Position numbers and translations under genes: made by a program. A stretch of DNA of 64,000 nt from Balanoglossus misakiensis. Taxonomy: Eukaryota; Animalia; Hemichordata. The notes under the pieces were generated by a model. It was not told the origin of the DNA and searched no databases. It saw nothing but the letters and a program-made list of their open reading frames with translations. Position 1 is the stretch's first letter. Each line of letters begins with the position of its first letter. The DNA lies in the NCBI GenBank assembly GCA_040954595.2, contig CM082578.2:525740-589739 (forward strand). Reading direction: 5' to 3'. Positions 47,980 to 57,987 of this stretch are shown piece by piece.

Positions 47980-50900
47980 CTAACTGCCAAAAGTTGCTGC
48001 AAATAACTTTCCTTTAGTTTTCGCGTGAACATAGCCATTTTTTGATGGGACAAGAATGAAATTATCCTCTCCTTTAGACGCAACTTGCACACAGACTGAT
48101 CCATGTTTCTTAACTAATGGCCACCATAAAGGCGTAAAATTGTGGACTTCTAATAGAACAGTGGCTGATAAACCTTCCGAAATTACATGTCTCACCACTG
48201 GCAATTGCAAGCATACAGGGGGAAATATGAACAACCTATCGGCTTCTTGAAACGTATGTGCAAAGAAATTGACCCCTTCACAATTAGGTTGGGGATAAGG
48301 AGCTACGAAACGAGACAATTTTGCGTTGGAACATATGGCCATCGCATCTACATCATATGGACCAAACTGATCATTTATTCTCTGCCAAGCCGTACTAGTA
48401 AGGGTGGTGTCATTTTCGTTTACATTTCTCGATACATAGTCAGCAAGATTGGCTGCTGATCTAACATGGGATAAATTCAACCATACATTTCGTTCTACAG
48501 CTACGTGAAATATATTCTTGAGGATCTGATTGAGTTTTAATGACTTTGAACCAGGAGAACCATTATTCCACGCTTGTACTAATACAAGTGAATCTACAGC
48601 CACATCTAATCGTAGATTATCTATTTTATCTCCAAGAGCTAACAAAGTGCGGTGTTATTACGGCCGCCCGTCGTCCTCCGGACGTTCACCTCCTTCGGAC
48701 GCTTCTGTGGGGAATCAGCCACGTCCGAAGGCTGACGGCGTACATTCTCTCCATCTCCTTCTCCACCCAACATATTCATAAAGTCCGAGAGAGGTACCCG
48801 GCAGATCGTAAACCTTTCGTAGACAGAGACTTACAACAAGTTCTCCGAGTAACACAAAGTTCTGGTTTATTACTGGTCACACGTAAGAATTACACGACTC
48901 GATCCATGCTCGTTGACTCCCATCACGGATCTCCCGTTATAATAGTGTGATCTCAAATTTCACCACACCTTATTAATACGTTAGTCAAGTATTAAGTCAT
49001 AAAAGGAACACGTCATCTTAATATTTCTTAAACATGAACTTAGCGCGTGATATCTCTATCTCGTTCTGACATGTATCAATTACACAATCTTGTTTACTCT
49101 GGGTCAAGTACCTATGTCAATACTGGACTAAAACCATACAAGTGAATGACTTCTTACTTAATCATAAACAAGATCTATGATCGTTAAAACTCAATCGTGA
49201 CACTTCCCACTTTTCCAATAATCGAACTTCCACGTTCGATCAAAGAAAGAATGAAAACGAAAACCAGGTCTGCGCAATCGGTTTTAAATAAACTACGTCA
49301 AAATCAAACTCAATAATCACCTTTAAAATATCACAGCCTGTTCAAACAAATTGAAGAAAATCTCATAAAACGTTTTCAATGTCAAAATTCAAAACGACTT
49401 CACTGTTCTGACTTCTCGTCAAAGAGTGTCTCTTTTCCAGTGCAAAATTCAACAGTCAATAACCGCGTAAAAAAATCAAGTCTGATAGTTCTTGTGTACA
49501 AACATAATACACTTCATCATACTGTCACCTCCAAAAATAACCACGACAATGGAAACGAATTCTTATGTGAAAGGATGCGTAAAACTACAATAAAATCAAC
49601 TACACTCTGGGACTTCTCTCTTGTCCCTCGTATGAACTCACATGCCAACTCAAGGGGCCATTTTCATACGCCAGACCGTCTCCCTTGCGGTCATCAAAAC
49701 ATCACGACTTCATCACCAGACCGTCTCTCTTGCGGTCATCACAAAAACTTCAACAACTCCTCAAAAACCTATAAAACTTCACTACACTTCACGGCATCAC
49801 TTCAACAAAAGAATACACATTTACAATGTCGAAAACAAGGCAAAAACTTGGTGGAAAACAATATCAAATCAAAAGCGGTTAAATAACGGTCAGTCAACTC
49901 ACGTCTACTAACTCACGTCAGAGTAGACAAAGAAAATACGATCACGCAATATTTCAATGATCAAATCTCCCAAACTATAGATTAAAAAGGCTGATTATTC
50001 AGTTCAATATCATTCTATCACAGTTCTTTTGCGATAGCAGACGATTCAAGAGTCTTCCCTTCTTCATTCCACGAGACCTCTTTTCTTCGTCGCCCGAACT
50101 GCTTCAACTACATGCTTCTGGATACGACGCCCCTCTGATCAAACAACAGATCCATCGTTGAAAACCCGTCCACGCATTCCATGCAGTCAACAGTCAGCAC
50201 CAACCTTTTTTCTGTTCTCGTTTCCTTCTGAAGCAGACCATTGGATCGTCAGTTTCGCCAGCTTTTTCTCTTCTTATTTCTTTCTCGGTTCAGGAATCAG
50301 TTGCAACATCTCTGCCTACCCGGAATCTAACACCATGTTGTTACGGCCGACCGTCCTCCCTCGGACGTTCACCTCCTTCGGACGCTTCTGCGGGAAATCA
50401 GCCATGTCCGAAGGTTGACGGCGTAACTTCTCTCCATCTCCTTCTCCACCCAACATATTCATAAAGTCCGAGAGAGGTACCCGGCAGATCGTAAACCTTT
50501 CGTAGACAGAGACTTACAACAAGTTCTCCGAGTAACACAAAGTTCTGGTTTATTACTGGTCACACGTAAGAATTACACGACTCGATCCATGCTCGTTGAC
50601 TCCCATCACGGATCTCCCGTTATAATAGTGTGATCTCAAATTTCACCACACCTTATTAATACGTTAGTCAAGTATTAAGTCATAAAAGGAACACGTCATC
50701 TTAATATTTCTTAAACATGAACTTAGCGCGTGATATCTCTATCTCGTTCTGACATGTATCAATTACACAATCTTGTTTACTCTGGGTCAAGTAGCTATGT
50801 CAATACTGGACTAAAACCATACAAGTGAATGACTTCTTACTTAATCATAAACAAGATCTATGATCGTTAAAACTCAATCGTGACAGCGGTGTAGAGCTTC

Positions 50901-52396
50901 TGCTTCTTTTACGTTTATAGACTCATTCCGGAATGAATCCTCCCAGAAATCGCTTATTTCAACTGACATACTCTCGTTAACGGTGGTATCGGGATGTAAA
51001 ACAGCCCCCCATTTATAAGCGCTAGCATCTGTAAACAATTTAAGAGCATAGTGTCTTTCTTTAAGCCATTTGAACGGACCTGCATTAACAATTATGTTTT
51101 GCCATTCCCTTAGCTCCTCTGCTAACTCTTGCCTTATTGGGACAAGAAATGTTGCTTTTCCCTGAGCTTTTGACACCGATAGAGCCATTTGACGAATGTA
51201 TAATCTTGCAGATGGAATTGCAAGCGCGAAAGACATACACTTCCCCATAACTTTTTGAATCAGAGGGAGAGGGACTGCCCGTTTACTAAGAATATCATTC
51301 GTTAATTCCAAAAATCTATCAATCTTAATCTGTGGAACAATGAACGCCTCTAAAGGCGAGTCGACCTGCATACCTAACATAACTAAAGACTTAACGGGTG
51401 TTAGGATACTTTTCTGTAACGCTAAGAAATAACCCGCCAGTACACAAATAGAGGCTAATATAAAAGCTGAAGCTTCTGCGCGTTCAAAAGGAGACAATTT
51501 CCTTTCTAACCGGTCGTGACATACCAGTAAAGGTCCCACATGGCGATCGTCAATATATTGGATACATGGAACCCCAAGCTTTCTAGCATAACTAGTGACG
51601 GCGTAACCAACAGTATGATAAACATAAGCTGAAAGCTTCCACCCAAACGGCAAAGTATTACACACAAACCAAACTCCCCCCATTGAAAACCAAAGTATGT
51701 TCTATCCGGTTCATATACAAGAATGTGGTCATAACCACTTTTATCATCACACTTGACTTGATAGTCATCTTTGTGCAGGTAACGACTAACATCAACCGAC
51801 TTGTCGAGCTTGAACGGAATATCTTGAATCCATAGATTTAAGTACCTCATGTCTATACACATCCTTGGCTTCTTGGGCTCAACAACGATTGGCATCACAA
51901 CATGAGGAGGAGGATCACGACCGACAATACCCCAAACCGAAACAGCACCTGTTTTTAATCGGTCAGCTATCGTCTTTGCTATAAATGGAGCAAAATCCTT
52001 GTTGCTAGGGGGATTGTTAAACTGTCTAGGAGGAGGCAGATCATGGAAAAACTGTTGTCCTTTAAAACCTCCTGAGAAATGGCGTAGATATGGAGACACT
52101 TTCACACCATTCGAAATCCAAGACATGATTTCATGTTTATTTACCAGATCCATCGTAAGCTCATTCCATGCATCTGGGTATTTGTGCAGCTCGCCAGCAA
52201 TAAACTGATCTGGGTTTCTGAATGACATTTCACTAAGAGATACTTTTCTCAAACCATTGGAGACCAAAGATAACACTTCGAACATGTTACCATCAGGAGC
52301 CTGTCCGGGGGTGCCCCCAAGCGTTGTCCAATCATACGAAGTTTTTGGAAGTAGCTTGATATTGACAGGATTCTTTAACTCCCAAACTTGAACAAT
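47980..52396 (-). pseudogene. pol exon: RT, RNase H and Dam-like MTase; frameshift at ~51680 and interrupted by an LTR element at 48653-50885
   Basis: KPRMCID, DDKSGYDH, LPFGW, YIDD, FTDAS, INVKEAEAL; removing the insertion and one TSD restores EALHRTLLALG; MTase VDAMA and FIFPP. Confidence 0.9.
48653..50885 (-). mobile_element. Non-autonomous LTR retrotransposon (two 550-bp LTRs, 1.13-kb non-coding interior)
   Basis: LTRs 48653-49202 and 50336-50885, TG...CA ends, TSD GCGG; PPT GGAAAAGTGGGAAG next to 49203; TGGTGTTAGA PBS-like start at 50335. Confidence 0.93.
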
Positions 52397-52675
52397 CTAA
52401 TGAGGAACAAACAGAAACTAGGGCTATAATATAAACCAACAGTGCATTCTAGATAACATAAGGGGACACCCCCGGACAGGACCATGCGAAAGGCCGGCCT
52501 GCAAAATGCAGAGGGCACAGAGAGTGGCCCCCCTATCCGGGAGTTTATTGAACTATGAAAAATGGACTACTTTAAAGGTGAGCACATTATAAGCAAGAAT
52601 ACCCAAGACAAAACAAACACATTCATCATGCTAAACCCTTGTTTTATTATGCAAACATCAAACGTTATGAGACAA

Positions 52676-52717
<42 letters not shown>

Positions 52718-52832
52718 TAGGCAAATTATCTTTTACACACTCATAACAATGACACTCTAAGTGAGAATCAAATACATCTGAACTGGCCAATTCACAATTC
52801 TGTACAAGTCAGTCATTCCATCATAATTCAGA

Positions 52833-54614
52833 CTACTTCTTATCTGGACAATTTCTGGCTATATGACCTTTGTTTCCACAAACGTAACACTTAATGTCTC
52901 TTCCTCTGCCTTGAGGGCATTGAAATTGATAAGGACGAGAATAACTGCGCGTGTTCTTTAGAAATTTGCCCACTTTTGACGCGATTTCTTCTTCCTCTTT
53001 GTTGCCAAGTAGAAGGAGGACTAACTTTCCCGCGTCACTCCCAAAATCATTACTCTCAAATTGTGCTAGCACAGCTCTGAAACGTTGAAGTTTCGAGTGA
53101 TTCACCAAGGTAGCCCTGTCTACCAACACTCTCAGGGCATTGATGATAGCGTATCTCGATGCGCCAGAATGTGCCATATCCATAACTTTTTGCAGAGCTT
53201 CATCGACATTCGCAGAGTCTGCCGCTTTCTGTAGCTTTTCCACTTTTTCTTCCAATTGTTTCAAAGCACACGCCACTGGCATCTGAAAAATAGTGCATAA
53301 ATTATTTCAACACGTGAGCAAGCATAACACTTCTTTTCATTTTAAAGTTATGCAATTACCCTTCTTAGCACCATTTTCACTAAACAAGACCACTTGTTGC
53401 ATACCTCAGCGTATGCAAATTTTACAAAGCAAGACCACTTGTTGCATACCTCAACGTATGCAAAATTTTACAAAGCGAGACTACTTGTTGCATACCTCAA
53501 CGTATGCAAAATTTTACAAAGCAAGACCACTTGTTGCATACCTCAGCGTATGCAAATTTTACACGGCAAGACCACATGTTGCATACCTCAGCGTATGCAA
53601 ATTTTCACAAAGCAAGACCACTTGTTGCATGCCTCAGCGTATGCAAATTTTCACAAAACAAGACCACTTGTTGCATACCTCGGCGTATGCAAATTTTCAC
53701 AGAGCAAGATCACCTGTTGCATACCTCAACGTATGCAAATTTTACAAAGCAAGACCGCTAGTTGCGTCCCTCAACGTAAGCAAAATTACAGTTTAAAAAA
53801 AAAGTAAAAATAGAGGGAAATAAAGATGGTGTCCCTGTAACGCTGAGCAAAAACCGTAACTTCGCACAGGTGAACAAAGACATAACTAAGGAAAGGAAAA
53901 AACTACTAACAAAAAGTATAAAACGCTAATCTACAACACCTAAAAGCACATGTAACAAGCCGCTATATAACAACCACATGTATACAAAAAACAAAAGAGA
54001 AAACTGAATGAAAAGGAAAAGGAAAAAATAAGAATACGACAAGACAGAATACAAAGGTATGCTACAAAATAATTACTAACAAGAAAATAAAATAAAACAG
54101 GCGCTAAGGAGAATTGCAAAATCGAAAAATTTTCAAACTTATCGCACACACCAATGGAACAAAGAGAGAGAAAAAAAAATGAAACAACGTACACAGAACG
54201 ACTACGATCGAATTAAAAAACCAAAAAGTTCAAAAACTGAAAACTCATGTTCTCAACGAAGATAACAAATAACCGTGTCTCAACGTAACCCCAGAAACAT
54301 TGAAACTTGGCCGACCGCATATGCACGATAAAAAGGGGTAACTCGACAATCAGGCAATGTAAAACTTGAACAGAATGAAAGAAACACATGATATTGAGTC
54401 TCACCTGAGATTCAGATTCTTTAGAGGTTGTTTCAGTAACTACTACAGGTGTAGGAACTTGTGCGCTGGTAGAAGGGTTTTGAGCCGGAGTCCTCACAGC
54501 ACCAGGATTGTCTTGAGTCGATACCTGAGTAGCAGCATTACCAGAAATTGAAGGACGGGACAAAGCCGAAGCAAAAGACCTGGTTGCATCTGCTACAGTG
54601 TTAGGACGATCCAT
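52833..54614 (-). CDS. Spliced gag: leader exon 54614-54405 (70 aa) + exon 53282-52833 (149 aa, CCHC knuckle)
   Basis: Donor CAG|GTGAGA at 54405/54404, acceptor TTTTTCAG|ATG at 53283/53282, phase 0; CYVCGNKGHIARNC. Confidence 0.78.
53385..53790. repeat. ~45-bp tandem repeat, ~9 copies, inside the retrotransposon intron
   Basis: CAAGACCACTTGTTGCATACCTCAGCGTATGCAAATTTTACAAAG units at 53385, 53430, ... Confidence 0.95.
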
Positions 54615-54653
54615 TCTGTCGTGTTACTGTTTCTCCTCCGTTATCGAGTGACA

Positions 54654-54687
54654 AACTAAGTGTACCAATTATGTTGCCCTATTTATA
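54654..54687 (-). promoter_or_regulatory. TATA box and initiator in repeat A1
   Basis: TATAAATAG (54687-54679) and TTAGTT (54659-54654) about 28 nt apart, ~40 nt upstream of the leader ATG. Confidence 0.6.
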
Positions 54688-55676
54688 CTCATGCCTTATA
54701 AATATTTATGAGATGCGTAAAGATATCGCTGCGTAATGAGGCTTTGAATACATACGAAAACATACTACGCAGTGGGGATAAGGAACCAATTATCTTTGTC
54801 TGTGGTATTACTGGCATTTTTTAGGGCCCAAGCGCACGCTAATTACACTTCGCACCGTAAATGATTTCGTCTGAGGTGACAACCCATTTATGCAGCCGGT
54901 CTCCACAGCCCAATTAGCCAGGGACATTTTGGGACATATGCGATAGATTTGTCCTTTTTCAACTGTTCCGGCAGAGATTATTGGGAATTCTCCCTTGATG
55001 TGCCGAATAATTTTCTCAATTGGCCAAAAATTTGGAAGGTCAACATAACAACAGCCTTCCTCATTGCTTCAAACTCTGGCTTCAGGTTGTAAAGCCGAAA
55101 CATAGCATTGCTATGCGAATTTCGTAAATATAGTTAGCTCTATAATACAATGAGAGGACCATTGCATCCACCGGTAGCACAAACATAATTGACATCTTGT
55201 CCTGAAAATAGTGCTGTCTGACGATTTCCCTTTCCAGCGTACCAGTCAGACCAAGTTAGCACTGGCCGGACTGGCTTACCTTTTTGTATTTTTATTTACT
55301 GTTGGGTTCAATAGAGAGAACAATCACGAGAATTAGTTTAATGAGGACAAACCAGGATTTCACATGTATTTTAGATTTTATTTTATTTGAAATACTATTG
55401 CTTCACCCTTATCTCGTCCCCCATTTAATTTTTAATGTACTTACCATTATTTTGTTAACTTAAATGATTTTGATCTGAGAAAGGGACGTATACGTAATTA
55501 CCATACATTATGTATTGCTACGCTCTCTGACATTGGGGCAAGAAGCAGATGTGTGTGCTGTATTCAACTGCAGACATCCTGGAAGCAAAACTCTGTGAAC
55601 CCGTGGTGTTTACGAAAATAACATGTATTTACATCAAGGCTTGATAAGAAAGATGACATTAAAATATGTAATAGAC

Positions 55677-56672
55677 AAATAAGTTACCATGGACGATTAC
55701 GATTACCCAAAAAACTAAGCACGTGCCTAACTCGCCTTTGACAAATACAAACAAGTCATCCGCGAACGAGACTGGAAATGCAAATTTATGCAGATACAAA
55801 TGGCTCCTCGATATCGAAGACTCGTGGAAAGACTCCTCCGACTTGAATAGCTTTTTTATATTTACAGTAAAGGACAGTTTTGGTGTGATAGTCGTGACAG
55901 ACACTAGTATTAGCGCTGTGTCTTCATTCGCCTAGTCGACGGTAGCAACACCATCGTCCGTTCGCACGTGCTCGCTCAACTACATGCAGTCTCCTATTTT
56001 CCGGAGAGCAATGGCGACCTTGGCGGGTGAAGCGCGAAGATGTAGCAACATTTGGCATTTCTTTACTAGGACACGTGTACTCTGGGCACCGTACTCCTCA
56101 CGGGATCTGATTCACTCAGATCAGTACACGTCCTCTAGTGTTTAATGCCACATCATTTTTGAGTGCATATGTCTAGAAATGTACCAAATAAGTTAACATG
56201 GACGATTACATTGACACCCAACAAACTAAGCACATGACTAACTCGCCTTTGACAATTACAAACGAGTCACCCGCGAACGAGGCTGGAAGGCGTGGCTTTC
56301 TGGTATGCAAATGCAGATACAAATGGTCCTCGAGAACGAAGACACGTCGAAACACTTCTCCGACGTAGTCTGTTTTTATATTTACTGTAAATGAGTTTTG
56401 GTGTGATAGTCGTTACAGACACTATTATTAGCGCTGTGTCTTAATTCGCCTCACCGACGGTCGCAACACGACTTTCCGCTCGCACCAGTTCGCTCGACCA
56501 CACTCCTATTTTCCGGAGAGCAATGGCTGGCGAAGCGCGAAGATGTAGCAACACCTGGCATTTCTCTACTAGTACACGTGTACTCTGGGCACCGTACTCC
56601 TCACGGGATCTGATTCACTCAGATCAGTACACGTCTTCTAGTGTTTAATGCCACGTCATTTTTTGAGTGCAT
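55677..56672. repeat. Two diverged tandem copies of a ~510-bp unit
   Basis: AAATAAGTTA(C/A)CATGGACGATTAC at 55677 and 56186; collinear similarity throughout. Confidence 0.88.
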
Positions 56673-57987
56673 AGCTGGGATGAAATGACAGTTTATTATC
56701 AGTCGGTACACATGACATTTTCGGCCAATTTGGAGTGTGCACAAGTTTTATAAGCTTTATAGGACCATCTAAGCTCTAAGTCACAATACAGAACTAGGTT
56801 TCGGAATGGCATACGATCAACTTAAGAGCTAGGGGTGGCCAGATAATGCGTTTTATTGACCCCTACAGTACGGAACTAGGGGAGGGCATGGCATTTTATT
56901 ATGAGTTGTAGAACTACGCAAGACATTGGCAGACATTTAACTAAACCGAGTACATGAGCATTACAGTTGATTAGCCTAAACGTTTCAGTTCATAACTAGG
57001 AACATGGGCATGGTATTTTACTAACAGTTCAAGTACCAGTACAACCCTTGGGGTGGGAGTAACAGTTTATTAACAACTATAGAGAAGCAGGGAGGGCATG
57101 ACATTTTTATTATTGGTAACTTATAGTACAAAGTGAGTGTTGCACATGACATTTGACTAACAGTTATAGTACAGAACTAGAGGAAGGCATGGCATTTTAC
57201 TAAAAAGCAAGGGATGTGCATGATATTGTACCTACCGTTAAGTATTACATGTAGTACAATGAGGGATTGTCATAACATTTTATTAACAGCAAAAGTACAG
57301 AACAAGGGGAAGGCATGTCATTTTACTAAAAAGCAAGGGATGTGCATGATATTGTACTTACACTTAAGTATTACATGTAGTACAATGAGGGATTGTCATA
57401 ACATTTTATTAACAGCAACAGTACAGAACAAGGGCAGGGTACGACATTTTATTATCAATTAACACAGCAAGGGGATGGGCATGGCGACCTTGGCGGGCGA
57501 AGCGCGAAGATGTAGCAACACTTGGCATTTCTCTACTAGTACACGTGTACTCTGGGCACCGTACTCCTCACGGGATCTGATTCACTCAGATCAGTACACG
57601 TCCTCTAGTGTTAATGCCACGTCATTTTTTTGAGTGCATAGCTGGTATGAAATGACAGTTTATTATCAGTCGGTACACATGACATTTTCGGCCTATTTGA
57701 AGTGTGCACAAGTTTAATAAGCTTTATAGGACCATCTAAGCTCTAAGTCACAATGCAGAACTAGGTTTCGGCATGGCATACGATCAACTTAAGAGCTAGG
57801 GTGGCCAGATAATGCGTTTTATTGACCCCTACAGTACGGAACTAGGGGAGGGCATGGCATTTTATTATGAGTTGTAGAACTACGCAAGACATTGGCAGAC
57901 ATTTTACTAAACCAAGTACATGACCATTACAGTTGATTAGCCTAAACGTTTCAGTTCATAACTAGGAACATGGGCATGATATTTTAC

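Larger units (their letters stand above)
45807..54750 (-). mobile_element. Complete split-direct-repeat (PAT/Ngaro-type) tyrosine-recombinase retrotransposon
   Basis: A1 54632-54750, B1 46132-46209, A2 46013-46131, B2 45807-45884 give the A1-ORFs-B1A2-B2 order on the minus strand; gag, RT-RH-MTase and YR ORFs; no TSD. Confidence 0.93.

Noticed and set aside
53293-53807. Three overlapping plus-strand ORFs
   Set aside because: Products of the 45-bp tandem array, antisense within an intron.
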